This document shows, one piece after another, positions 47,138 through 60,444 of a DNA stretch of 64,000 nucleotides. The notes under the pieces are model-generated. The model did no database searches. It was not told where the DNA came from and saw nothing but the letters and a program-made list of their open reading frames with translations. The DNA comes from Eledone cirrhosa (taxonomy: Eukaryota). The stretch is from assembly GCA_964016885.1 (NCBI GenBank), contig OZ024742.1, positions 345,774,001 through 345,838,000 of the forward strand, given 5' to 3'. Position 1 is the first letter of the stretch, and every line of letters begins with the position of its first letter. Both the position numbers and the translations under genes were made by a program.

Positions 47138-47563
47138 GGTGTTGGATGCTTAAAGTGTCCGTATGCAGTAGGCAGTATGAGCACTCGATGCTCTCATAGA
47201 GCAGAGTATGATATCACAGAAAAAAGGGAATCTGTGTTGCGACGAATGGAGTTTATTGGAAATATTACAATCGTTTCTCTGGCGACCAGCTCGAGGCACG
47301 ATCGATCTGAAAATCGCAAGGTCCTCAGATACGTCTTGATTCTACGAAGCAGATTTTCATATGTCCTTTTACATTGATATACTTCGCTTGTCGGCTTAGA
47401 TCCTGCTGTTGTCATTCTATGAGTGGTCAAGAATTGTACACATCATCGGTATTTCTAGCCACTCATGGTTTTCCACTATTTGGGTCTTTTCATTCTCCAC
47501 CTGTCAATCAACATGAGGATGAAAGGCGAAGTTAACCTCGGCGGGATAATATATATATATATA

Positions 47564-47594
<31 letters not shown>

Positions 47595-47595
47595 T

Positions 47596-47699
<104 letters not shown>

Positions 47700-47775
47700 A
47701 ACCCTTCATCTCAATTCTACTTTTGAAAAGTATAAGAAATGTGAAACCGTTCTAGTTGCATTTTCGATTACTTTT

Positions 47776-47885
<110 letters not shown>

Positions 47886-48054
47886 TTCAAGAGTAACCAA
47901 TCTTAAAGAGAGAGATGGAGATAGGAGAGGAGAAGAGAGATTGGTGAATTAGTTAGAAGCCAAAGCGTAAAGCTTGTGCTCAATGTGCAATATGCAGTGG
48001 AAGGCAGCTAGGTGGCTCGGTTCATGCAGAGGTTAGGTGCACAGAGCTGGAAAT

Positions 48055-48149
48055 ATTCATTAGTTAAGCAAAACAAGACCACAAATTTCACAAGGAAGAC
48101 ATTATTAAAAGATTGTCAACATATTTTAGTTTGGTGTAAGGAATGTAGA

Positions 48150-48196
<47 letters not shown>

Positions 48197-50065
48197 TTAA
48201 TAATGTCCGTTTACAATTGTTTCTCTACTCCATATAATGTTTCTGGATCAAATGATTATAGATCATTATAGGGAGGTGAATTGGCAGTATCGGTAGAGGG
48301 TTGGACGTCATGCTTTCTAGCATAGTTACGTCCCTTTATTGTCTGAGTTCAAATCCCGTCGAGGTTAACTTTACCTTTCATCCTTACGGGGTCGATAAAA
48401 TAAAGTACCAGTAATGTACTGGGTAATTGCTGGCCTTGTGCCTAAAGTAGAAACAATTATTGATCTGGTTCAGTTGAAAAATTAGAGCAGCTCATCGGAA
48501 CTTCAAAAGGAATATAAATTAAAATAAAGAATGTTACATGAATGTAATATTCCATATATTGGTATTTCACTGTGGTGTCCTGGGTATATCTATTGTCTGC
48601 CATAGTCGAGGAATATTCTTCTGTCGAGGCTGCATTGTGTGAGATCTGCCTATGGGTAACAAGATGGCCGCCAATGTACATATTTACCTTACTAATTAGA
48701 GGGTCGTTTCAGGGGAAGTAACTCCTGGAGAAATTAAATATTGTAGGTAGTTTATAGTTAAGAGGTGCTAATTTTTAATTGAGAGACAATGTAATGGAGG
48801 TAACTTATAATTATCTAAGTTAGCTATAACTAAGAATGGGACTAGATGACTATGTTGGGTCAAATATTCTGTTGGCGAAGGAATTAGCCCTTCGATGTTG
48901 ACAGCTAATAGTTACCTTCGTTCTATCATTAATCGGTAGAGGTCGTGATAGAGTTATGTAATATGCTTCGGTAATACAGAGGTCTCAAGAGTTTTTTCAT
49001 CCATTGAACGGTTGGGCCCTAGCCAAGATATCCCATGTTAGTGAGTGTTCAATGTTGGTTAATTTAAGGTTTTTAATAAGCCTAGATAGAGATGTCGAAC
49101 ATCTATTGTTAGGGTCTCGGAAGGAAAAAGAGTGCGCGTTATAGCGTACCTTAAAAGGGTTAGAGGTAGAGCCAATATAGGAGCTGGTATGCGATGCTGT
49201 TTTAACTGTACACCTATATACTATATTGGGTGTCAGGCATTGTCCATTTAGTGGGCAATCATTAGGATAACGGCAGTTGCAGTTACTGCTGCGGTTAGTG
49301 AGAGTAGGGTTGTTTAAACTATGCGGTTGGTGTGTGCTAGAAGGATTAGATGGGGGAGGTGTGCTACTAGAGTAAGTATTGGTGTAGTGGCGTGGTGTGT
49401 TTGAGGGGTGGTGGTACCACGGTGTGGGAGTTATACTGTCTTAGTTTATGATGGTTACTGAATGCGATGTGGCTAGCTAGGTTAGGTGTTGTGGAGAATG
49501 AGATTTTAATGTTGTTTTTATTAAGGAGTTTGTAATATCTATGGTTGGGGGAAAATGTTTAGATAGGATACAGAAGTAGCGTTTAGGGATATTAGTGGCT
49601 AAGTTAGATGAGAATGGGGGTGTTAAGCCAGGTGATATTTATAGACCTATTCCTTCTAGGGGTTCTAGTGGGGTTGGCAGGGGCCTTCATAGGGTTATTA
49701 TTACCTGGGCATTTGTTATTTGTCATCCCATTGTTCATTCCTATTCTAGGGTTGATTTTTAGTCTGCTACTTGGAGTGGGAAGTAGGCCACTGCCACCAT
49801 TAAGGTTCCCTGTATAGGTGCTGTTACTGCTAAGATATCTCTAGTTCTAGTGTTTAGTTTATTATGGTTGTGGTCAAGTGCTGTGTTATGACATTTAGGT
49901 ATGTAGTAAATGTACTGTTCATAACCAGATTCAGAAAGAGCCTTATATTAATATTATTATTATTATTATTCTCTATATTCCTTACATTAAACTAAAACTA
50001 TGTTGACAATATTTTAAAATAATGTCTTCCTTGTGAAATTTGTGGTCTTGTTTTGCTTAACTAAC

Positions 50066-50070
<5 letters not shown>
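48055..50070 (-). mobile_element. 5'-truncated Penelope-like element (CxC..CPLxGxC linker clade) with inverted terminal segments
   Basis: Minus strand: KALSESGY, KHFP, KISFS, CNCRYPNDCPLNGQC, IVY..YIGST, R..H, DLC..E, IN.R..CQH; 48055-48160 is inverted at 49960-50070. Confidence 0.82.
48272..48460 (+). mobile_element. tRNA-derived SINE nested in the PLE 3' region
   Basis: Same family as 28224. Confidence 0.85.
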
Positions 50071-50116
<46 letters not shown>

Positions 50117-50128
50117 ACTATATATATT

Positions 50129-50174
<46 letters not shown>

Positions 50175-50251
50175 AGAGGGTGTTAAAGTTTGCTTGAAGC
50201 ATTGTGAAATGTGTAAAATACGTAGTTAAGAAAGTGGCTTTCTTAACTACG

Positions 50252-50284
<33 letters not shown>

Positions 50285-50518
50285 TATATAGTTAAATCTT
50301 GGACAGGAACAAAAACAGAGAGACAGTAGAAATATGAGTTTATTAGGTTCACGCTTTTGAATATATATATGGGCGGGTGTAGATCCCGTGTTAAATCAGG
50401 AGTCACCAGAGTATATTTCATACAAATGAAACAGTTCTAGTTTTGTAGAAGCCATTTCTAAATATATATATGTGTGCGTGTGTGTGTGGGCGTGCGTGCG
50501 TGTGTGTGTGTGTGTATG

Positions 50519-51258
50519 TATTTGGCGTGACAATAAAGTCTTTACAATAACCCTTTAAATGAAAATGAACAACATATTGAAACTAAAATGTTTTTATTCT
50601 GCGAAACATAATCTCCAATGAATGTAGTAACATGTTTACAGTGCTTATGCAAAGCATTTAACTCTTTCTGGAACCCTTCCTTGGCAATTGTCGAAATCTG
50701 TGCAACGATTCATCCACCAACTAATGAAGCGGAAACAAAATTTCTTGGTTTATTCCGTTTCTTTGTTTTTTTTCCAGTAATATGTGTAATGCAACGCAAT
50801 GATTGTTTTGGTTCTGCATCAATGATATTTTGAATGAGTTGAAAGTTGGCATGAATAGTTGTTATGCAAGGACGACCAGAACGAGGAGCATCAATAGGTG
50901 ATGATCTACTGTCATCTTTGTATTGTCTCACCCAATGATAGATGGTAGAATTTGCTAGAATATTGTTAATTCAACTCTCCTTCAATTGTGCAATAATATT
51001 TGTTGCTAATTTTCCTCATTTCCATTTAATGAAAACATATGCTCTAAAATTTTCTTGACTTAAATCCATTCGATGCGTTTATTATAAACTCACAAGAATG
51101 ACAAAATAATTATGCATGGGCTTGTGACAAAATATATCACTCATGCAGAATATCATATTTGTATAACAAAGTTCAAATTCTAACTAATATTAATTACATT
51201 TACTGCTATATACGGCACACAGCCTAGTATTCTACAGACTTTATTGTCAAGCCAAATA
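50519..51258 (-). mobile_element. Internally deleted Tc1/mariner element
   Basis: TIRs TTTGGC(G/T)TGACAATAAAGTC with TA flanks; minus strand W.RQYK...DAPRSGRP HTH linker; no DDD domain; partial copy at 51538-51662. Confidence 0.8.
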
Positions 51259-51261
51259 TAT

Positions 51262-51293
<32 letters not shown>

Positions 51294-51495
51294 TGTGAGA
51301 AAAACCACAGACCCTCCATCACAACTTTGAAAAGCAGAAGAACTGCAACACCGGTAAAGGAACCAAATAAATATATATATTTAAAAAAAATAAAAATAAG
51401 ACTCCAGTTGCATTTTCGATTTCATCTCTTTTTCTTTATACTTTCACTCGTGTAGGACACCTCGGTTATTTTTCAATTTGTAAAAAAAACCTCAC

Positions 51496-51535
<40 letters not shown>

Positions 51536-51925
51536 CATTTGGCTTGACAATAAAGTCTGTAGAATACTAGGCTGTGTGCCGTATATAGCAGTAAATGTAA
51601 TTAATATTAGTTAGAATTTGAACTTTGTTATACACATATGATATTCTGCATGAGTGATATATTTATATATATATATATATATACACCTGAAATATAGGCA
51701 TTGTTAGGTTAAGAGAAACTTAAAAATAAGGAGTGGCACCCCATTCTGAACTTACTTATAGAATTCTTTCTGCCTTTGTTACTCTAAATATAAATTATAG
51801 CTTTAAAGAATTAGCTTTTAATGAATTGCCTTTTCTATCAACCAATGACCTCTACCCATCCCACTCCCCACCCTCTCCTACCACCTGAAGAGACTTATAA
51901 ATACCATATTTATTTTTTGATACCC

Positions 51926-51976
51926 AGATTCCTGATGATTTCTAAAGAATGAAACAGTTCTAGTCCTGTAGAATCT
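51926..51976 (+). ncRNA. Hammerhead ribozyme
   Basis: agattc-CTGATGA-t[ttc]taaa[gaa]t-GAAAC-ag ttctagtc ct-GTA-gaatct. Confidence 0.83.
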
Positions 51977-52081
51977 CATATATATTAAAACTTTTATACT
52001 CTGCTATGTATTGAATACCTTACTTACTGTGGTTACCTCTGATTCAACCCGGAATAACGCATATATATATATATATATATT

Positions 52082-52262
52082 GAGTGCTACTGGTAACATG
52101 TAAACCAGTACAACCTGTCGCATGGTGGGGTCGTCGGCGACTAAACTGGCAACCCCACCAAGTTTACTTGGTGAGGAGAGTGATTTTGGACACCTTGCAG
52201 GACAAAATACAAAACCTGACAAAGGGCGGAAGAACTCATAAGAGTCAACGGCCATCCCAAAA
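52082..52262 (+). mobile_element. RTE-like 5' leader with a possible HDV-like ribozyme
   Basis: ccagt..acc..gg-tcg tcgg cga-CTAA-actgg (P2, P4 and J4/2 pattern); P1 and P3 imperfect. Confidence 0.45.
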
Positions 52263-52321
52263 TGTGTAAATATGTATATACACATATACATATGTATGTA
52301 TATGTATATGCGTGTGTATAT

Positions 52322-52985
52322 GGCTGGGGTGTCAGGTAGGGGCATGTTCCTCTGTAGGGGAGAGGGCTAGCCATGCCCTTTTCAGGACAGCTCGTCCTGC
52401 ATTGGGTCCCACCTGACACTCAACTCTCACCTGTGGCCCCTAGAAGCTGTAGCATGCGACAGTGGCCACACTCCGGTAAACCGCCTTGGCTGGCGGGCCG
52501 GACCAGGTTGAGGGTAGCCGGACGGGTCTGAAATCCCCCGGTGAGTTAGATAGAGGATGCCTACCCCTGCATGCGAAGACTGGACCCGGTGGAGTGAGTG
52601 GAGGAGGACAACATCGTCCCAACGGTCACGAAGGTGGCGACAGCAAGCGGTGTGGAGCGCTAGGGTACGGCAAGGCACTACAGAGGTCGTGGCCATCCAC
52701 TGCAGCCAAGGAAGTCCCTGGTCGTGACGCTCCTCCGTCCCACCGCATCCTGGCTTCTGCGGCCGAGTGAGTGGGACCGTCACTGTGCACTGGCCCTCTC
52801 ACTATAAACCTTTTCCGCACAGGTTTCTTCTTTAGCATGCACTCCCAAAGCCCTGCGAGAAGCGGAGGTAACAGGTGTCCCCGGACTTGCAAGTCAAGGA
52901 TCGGCCTCCATAGCTACCTTCGCGCCCACGGCAGACGGGAACAACAATGAAGACGTCATCATAGTTTACGATGGACAACCAAGAT
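52322..52985 (+). mobile_element. Bipartite non-autonomous RTE derivative (5' UTR fused to 3' end)
   Basis: GC-rich leader, then CKSRIGLHSYLRAH C-terminal signature and a short 3' UTR; no RT in between. Confidence 0.65.
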
Positions 52986-54147
52986 ATATATATACTTTTA
53001 TATATATATATATATATAGAATGAGAAAGTGCGAAGTATTTTCAGATGTTAAAGCCCTTTATTGGTACATATTTCAATGATACATATTTCAATGAGGACA
53101 GTTGCCACACAATTCCGTGTACCCAGTGCTGTGACATCATCAGACGGCTTCTTATATATTAAGGTTACGTTCTCGAGGCAATCCAAACAGAAACAAGGGA
53201 ACGGACGAGGCGTATGTTCTTGAATCGCCGGCCCGTTCCCCTGTGGTCAACAATTCGCCCTCCGCAAGGCTGACTAAACCATACTCACCAAACACTATCC
53301 TAGGCAGGTCTCTCCGACCCCTCCAACCAAACGACTACCCCATCCAACTGTTAAAGTATACTGCGATTTGCCTTGCCAGTAGCAGGTAACCGAAATCTAG
53401 TGGTGGTGGCAGAGTATCAGTTTCAATAGGCCTTAATACTACTCCTAATATATGCCTGGACAATGGGGTTTACCATCCCCGCTATGAAAATATAAACTTA
53501 TTTCTAGATATTATGGTTTCACATTGGAAATTAAAAATTAAACGTTAAAAACTTGATTGAAGTTAATAAAATATATATATATATATAAAGAGTAAATAGG
53601 GAGATGTTTAAATCAAAGTAAGAAGTTTAGAAAAGGGGGTCGACATTGGATACTTCAGATATATTATCAATATATTGAACGATAGTACCGTATAGAAGAA
53701 CAGAAGATAAATTAAGGTATGAAACGTAGTAATTAGGTAAACAATTAGTTAATATCTTCCTCTACCACATGAATCAAAACAAAACCAAAAGAAAGGGTAC
53801 ATAGATGCAAAATGAGAGAGGGAACGTGTATGAGAAAAAATATATATGAGAAAGGTAAACATGTATATCGGTATGGAGATGAAGGTAGAAGTGGTGGAAA
53901 TGTTTGTCAATTTGACCAGGTAAAGTGTATATAAAATCTCGTTGTCGGGTGGAATGGGGGGCGTCCGTGCAAAATGCAAGTTGCTGCAGGAAAATAAGGG
54001 GTTTTACGTTGTTTTCACGTCCTATTATTTCACTGGTCGAAAGTTTATTTATAATTTTAAGTTCATCCAGTAACAGGGATATCCATATTATATATATATA
54101 TATATGTTATATATATATATATTATATATATATATATATATATATGT

Positions 54148-54179
<32 letters not shown>

Positions 54180-54203
54180 ATATATATATATGATATATAT
54201 ATA

Positions 54204-54260
<57 letters not shown>

Positions 54261-54317
54261 GTGTAAGGAATTCTTTTACAATGGAATTAGCTCGAAAGGA
54301 AATATTCCTGAGCCGTG

Positions 54318-54686
54318 TATAAAAGTAATATATATGAGTAATATATATGATGAAACAGATACCAACATATCTGTATTTATATTGCAAAAGAAAGTTAGCC
54401 AGACTGAAGAATAATAATTATTTTACCACAGCTCGTCCACATCGATTTAAAATAATAATAATAATAAATCGACAAAAACCAGCTGTGCCGCCAAATGGCT
54501 ATAAACATCATAGCCATTTGGCGGCACAGCTAGTTTTTGTCGATTTATTATTATTATTATTTTAAATCGATGTGGACGAACTGTGGTAAAATAATTATTA
54601 TTCTTCAGTCTGGCTAACTTTCTTTTGCAATATAAATACAGATATGTTGGTATCTGTTTCATCATATATATTACTCATATATATTA

Positions 54687-54692
<6 letters not shown>
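54318..54692. repeat. ~185-bp-arm near-perfect palindrome beside (TA)n
   Basis: Centre ~54506; arms carry GAAAC-agata..tatct-GTA (HHR stem III only). Confidence 0.9.
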
Positions 54693-54739
<47 letters not shown>

Positions 54740-54742
<3 letters not shown>

Positions 54743-56047
54743 TTATCACATACATAAAATTAAATTAAATTAAATCAAATATATATATATGTGTTGCCAC
54801 TGTTCACTTTTAAGCTCAATGAAGAATTAATAAATTAAAATCAAAAAATCAGAGCATTATATCATAAATCATGTCTATAGAATCAATCAGATATTAAAAT
54901 ATATACTATTTCTTCTTCTAATTAGCATAATTAACCATAGACATAATCAAATCTAGCAAGCTTTAAGAATAAATTTTCTAACGGGGAAATCTCTGACAAA
55001 CAATTGATCGCAGCTAGTTCGCGGTAGCTCCGTTCCACTATTTATCAAACACTTCGGCAGCATGCAGAATCCGATCAAATATACCATCAACCGCACGTAA
55101 TTAGTAGTAAAATTAAACTTAGAAGAAATGCGCACAAACCGTAATTATATCTCTACCATGGTTTCTTCCTTATTTAGGACATCCAAATAATAAGGATGTC
55201 TTGAGTTAGGAATCATCAGGAGACAAACTCAGAATCAGACATTTAATTTCTCAAACCGAACGCGCCAAATTTAGATTCAAAAATGGCTAAGATCGCTATG
55301 TAGCTGTGTACCAGCCAGAGAGAAAGCGTGTGATTGGTTGCTTACGGCGGGTAGGCTTGCTGCTAGAAAGCGCAGCCATATATCGCCAAATTTAATCTCA
55401 ACCAATAGGGAGATTATTAAAGTTGCAACACATATATATATCTTTGATTTAATTTAATTTAATTTTATGTATGTGATAACCTCTATATTTAATAATCTCC
55501 CTATTGGTTGAGATTAAATTTGGCGATATATGGCTGCGCTTTCTAGCAGCAAGCCTACCCGCCGTAAGCAACCAATCACACGCTTTCTCTCTGGCTGGTA
55601 CACAGCTACATAGCGATCTTAGCCATTTTTGAATCTAAATTTGGCGCGTTCGGTTTGAGAAATTAAATGTCTGATTCTGAGTTTATCTCCTGATGATAAC
55701 CTGACTCAGGGCAAGCCCATATTATTTGGATGTCCTAAATAAGGAAGAAACCATGGTAGAGATATAATTACGGTATGTGCGCATTTCTTCTAAGTTTAAT
55801 TTTACTACTAATTACGTGCGGTTGATGGTATATTTGATCGGATTCTGCATGCTGCCGAAGTGTTTGATAAATAATGGAACGGAGTTAACGCGAACTAGCT
55901 GCGATCAATTATTTGTCAGAGATTTCCCCGTTAGAAAATTTATTCTTAAAGCTTGCTAGATTTGATTATGTCTATGGTTAATTATGCTAATTAGAAGAAG
56001 AAATAGTATATATTTTAATATCTGATTGATTCTATAGACATGATTTA

Positions 56048-56052
<5 letters not shown>
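54740..56052. mobile_element. (TA)n-flanked ~560-bp inverted duplication with HHRs
   Basis: ~54858-55420 is the reverse complement of ~55488-56052; 54740-54780 is inverted at 55443-55481. Confidence 0.88.
55148..55225 (-). ncRNA. Hammerhead ribozyme (mirror at 55684-55764, plus strand)
   Basis: tgtctc-CTGATGA-ttcc...ggaa-GAAAC-catg-GTA-gagata. Confidence 0.83.
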
Positions 56053-56105
<53 letters not shown>

Positions 56106-56116
56106 TATATATATAT

Positions 56117-56175
<59 letters not shown>

Positions 56176-56309
56176 CTAGGGAAGCAGAAAATTGCTTATT
56201 GTAATCCAGTTCGTGTTTAAGATAGTCAGTTTCATGGACGGTTTCAACGTACAGTTAGGGGTAACTCCACAAGTTTGTAAGAATCACGTTCAATCTTGGA
56301 GTATAAAGG

Positions 56310-56930
56310 ATAAAAGAGAAAACACAGGTAAGCATTAAAAAAAGAATTTTATCCAGGTATTCACGACCGTTTCATTGGTAAGTGCAACCTTATATTGCTA
56401 TATTGCAAATAACAGCCACTCAATAATAATTGTTGTTCACGTCCAAATTTTCAAAATAATCAATAAGTTACTCTTAAAAAGTTCTTATTATATAGAAAAA
56501 CATTTTTTGGAAATTGTATTTACTAGTATAGAGAGAGAGGAAGAGGAATTAGAAAGTGGATTGACAAACGGAGTAGTATAGAGAGAGAGGAAGGGGGATA
56601 AGAGTTAGGAAGTAGAGTGACAAATTGAGATGGAGGAAGGGGTATAGGTGTAAGGATTCCTCCGTTTGTCAATCCACTTTCTAATTACCCTTCCTCTCTC
56701 TCTATACTAGTAAATAAGTAAATACAATTACAAAAAAATGTTTTTCTATATATTAAGAACTTTTTAAGAGTAACTTATTCACTATTTTAAAAATTTGTTC
56801 GTGAACAACAATTATTATTGAGTGGCTGCTATTTGCAGTATAACAATATAAGGTTGCACTTATCAATGAAACGGTCGAAAATACCTGGATAAAATCCTTT
56901 TTTAATGTTTACCTGTGTTTTCACTTTTAT

Positions 56931-56935
<5 letters not shown>
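56310..56935. repeat. (TA)n-bounded ~260-bp inverted repeat
   Basis: 56310-56575 is inverted at 56658-56935. Confidence 0.85.
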
Positions 56936-56989
<54 letters not shown>

Positions 56990-57830
56990 AGAAAAAATGA
57001 AGCGAAATTTCATTTCCCACTCTTAGTACGGCTGTTACTTAAATATAAGTATGTACACGTACATACATATATATATAGAGACGTACAGTAGTATGTATAT
57101 ATATATACATACATGCACACATATATATATATGTACGTATGGATTCACCGAACATTTATTATAATGCTCGGTGTGACGATACCTAATAAGCTTGAAACTA
57201 GTACAGCGTTCCTTTGTCAGTGTTGAACAAACGAGCAACGATGGTTGCTAGACACTACGGCTTAATACGGAATGTTTGTTTACAAACACACCGAGCATTA
57301 TAATAAATGTTCGGTGAATCCATACGTACATATATATGTGTGCATGTATGTATATATATATATACATACTACTGTACGTCTGTATACATATATGTATGTA
57401 TGTGTACATACTTATATTTAAGTAACAGCCGTACTAAGAGTGGGAAATGAAATTTCGTTTCATTTTTTCTGTTTATCGTTTTCGGTGCACCCGGCCGATT
57501 AACCCACTCGATATGCAAATTGGGCTACTCAGCATAAGGTAAGTATATAGGTTCAACAATCTGGCAGGAAAGTATATGTTGCTGACGATAGCTAATAAGC
57601 TTGAAACTAGTACAGCGTTCCTTGTCAGTGTTGAACAAACGAGCAACGATGGTTGCTAGACACTACGGCTAAATACGGGATGTTTGTTTACAAACACACC
57701 GAGCATTATAATAAATGTTCGGTAAATCCATACGTACATATATATATATATATGTGTGCATGTATGTATATATATATACATACTACTGTACGTCTGTATA
57801 CATTTATGTATGTACGTGTACATACTTATA
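56990..57830. mobile_element. Complex inverted/tandem element, family of 38718-39312
   Basis: Repeated ccgagcattataataaatgttcgg blocks in both orientations. Confidence 0.82.
57577..57617 (+). ncRNA. Minimal hammerhead ribozyme
   Basis: tgttg-CTGACGA-tagctaataagctt-GAAAC-ta-GTA-cagcg; degenerate copy at ~57170-57208. Confidence 0.8.
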
Positions 57831-57902
57831 TATATATATATGGAATACTGTTGGCTTCTTGCGACAATGTTTTCTATATCTTTCATTTATATATATATAT
57901 AT

Positions 57903-57941
<39 letters not shown>

Positions 57942-58121
57942 ACACATTAACAGAGAAAGCTTTAAGCGATACTCTGACCAACTCCATCTCACTCAACAAA
58001 CATTAGGATATACCTAAGTATTATCCCAATTTAGTGCTTGGGGTGCTAACTAATCAGTATTTCATGGATAGCTGGTTGTATTATTTTATATGAGACATTA
58101 TTAAATAAATATCTCATTTCT

Positions 58122-58246
58122 TCCAGACGGCCGTTTCGTTATAAGATTTCTACAATTTGGGATAAATAATTTCCAGGTTATGTAGAAACTTGTATATAAT
58201 TCCATAGTTTTATACACAAGCGAACTCTTATAAACTCATCAGTGGA
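58122..58246 (-). ncRNA. Hammerhead ribozyme with ~98-nt stem II extension
   Basis: tcca-CTGATGA-gtt...aac-GAAAC-ggcc-GTC-tgga. Confidence 0.78.
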
Positions 58247-58863
58247 TGCCCAAATAATATCGATATAAGAATTATATCGACATTAATAGATTAGTGATGG
58301 TTTCCCTCAGCGCTAAGAAGAGACTGTTAGAATCGAAAATCCAGCAGTCCTCCCAAAGATAAAATACACGCTGCCACCAAGAGGGTAAGGGGAGGTCATC
58401 TTAAAACATAAAACAATATACACGCTGGTCATTTAAAGCTGTTAGGTATTAACCACGTGTTTAAGAACTCAATTGGATATTAAAAGAATAACTATATGTA
58501 TACACAATCAATGCAAACATAGAGATATTAAAACATAATAAATACATGTATGGATCACCCATATACACACATAGTTATTCTCTAAAGCTAACTCGTACAT
58601 GGGATATAAGGAAGATCAATCAGTATTTCATATAAAAAATAATAATAATAAAGAGAGTCATACCTCATATCTGTAAATCATATCTGGCCACCAAGAGTAT
58701 ATATTCAATACATTGGAACCAGATGGACCATAACGCACCAGAGTACTCAATACTTAGGTTAGTAGAATGGGTAATAGGAAAATTTATGACCACGACGGCA
58801 GAGCTCAGGCCTTTTCGACGGCTATTTCGGGTCCAGAAATTTTCCTCTCTCTCTATATATATA

Positions 58864-58950
<87 letters not shown>

Positions 58951-59047
58951 GTTTGTGTATTATATATCGATATATAACAACGGTCATGTTTAGCATACTG
59001 GGTGGGTTTTTCTTTATGTCATCATTAGTAATTACGAAATTATGAAT

Positions 59048-59936
59048 ACTAGCTGACGTACCCAGCTAAACCCGGGTAAACAGATGATAAGAGAAAATGA
59101 CTGTATTGGATATTTGTCTGGTTACAGTATGAGGCGAGTCCGTGGTGTCTGTGTGATACAAAAACAGTAAAAAAAAATCTTCCAGATATAATACCAGATT
59201 CTTCGTTGTACCGTTTGTGCATAGTATATGAACAATTCTAGGTGCTCCCACCTAGAATAGTAACCTCTAGGAGATGGTTCATCTTATGCCTGACTGTGAA
59301 ACGTGTATCATTGCATAGACGTGGTTGTTCCACGTTTCTCAAAAGGATTATGGAACTTCCAATCTTTTATATTATATGTAGATATAGATATAGATAATTA
59401 ATATAAAAGAGGTCCGTCAATTTAAAAAAAATTCCCTATTTACTCCCTTCACAACTCTGTGTATGTTAGACTGACAAACAGGCGCACAGACAGATAAACT
59501 TCGTGGCGATTGTGGGATGCCGCACGTACACACACATACACGCATGGAAACGCGCACACGCACGCAAACTTACACGCACACACTCACACATGTTGATAGT
59601 TTTTACTTTGTGTGGGACGCTGCACGCACGCACACACACATAAACATACGCGCACGTACATATACACGCACACATGCTAATAGTTATTGCTCTCCTTCTC
59701 CTCTTATTTCCACACACACACATGTCTCTAAACTGACACATATACATATGGTAGTCTATCCAAACACAGCGTTCACTTTGCCTCTCTCTCCCCTCTCACT
59801 CCCTCACTGGCATTATGCATATTAATTTAAGTTTGGCGTCGTTGAGGTGGGCGGAGTCGTTTGAAACCTATGAACCAATGATAATCGAGAATTATGACAC
59901 ATCGAATACTGACATTGTTCAAATTAATATATAGAT
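59048..59936 (-). mobile_element. Helitron-like non-autonomous element
   Basis: Minus strand A|TCTATATA... to tacccgggtttagctgggta hairpin + CTAG|T. Confidence 0.6.
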
Positions 59937-60347
59937 AACAATAACTGTATGATCAATATGTTTAATACGACAATATATTTTCTGTTAAACGATCCAAACG
60001 GTACTTGTAGGTTTCATCACCAGCTGTCGTTAAGAAAGTCACAGTGTCTAGACAAGTAATAATATCAACACCGTACATAAGACGAAAGTGTCAGAGATGT
60101 TCTGGGAAAGGGAATGTTCTATTAATATCGATTGTATTAACTTGATGGTATATATTTTGTGGATACTAAAATAATGAACAGCAAAGGTAACTCTGGCAGA
60201 AATTGTAATCGAAACATAATTAAATACGGCAATACAGTTAATCGAACTGTTTTCAAAGAAGCCTGTACACACTCATTTCGTCCAAAAGTCTAAAATTCTA
60301 CCAACCCACCCCATATATATATATATATATATATATCAATGGGGTGG

Positions 60348-60442
<95 letters not shown>

Positions 60443-60444
<2 letters not shown>

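Noticed and set aside
53060-53150. HHR on the minus strand (CTGATGA at ~53137-53143)
   Set aside because: Could not assign a convincing stem I and NUH cleavage site.
54953-55959. Pair of near-identical 60-aa ORFs on opposite strands (also 54347/54447)
   Set aside because: A by-product of the inverted duplication; no coding signature.
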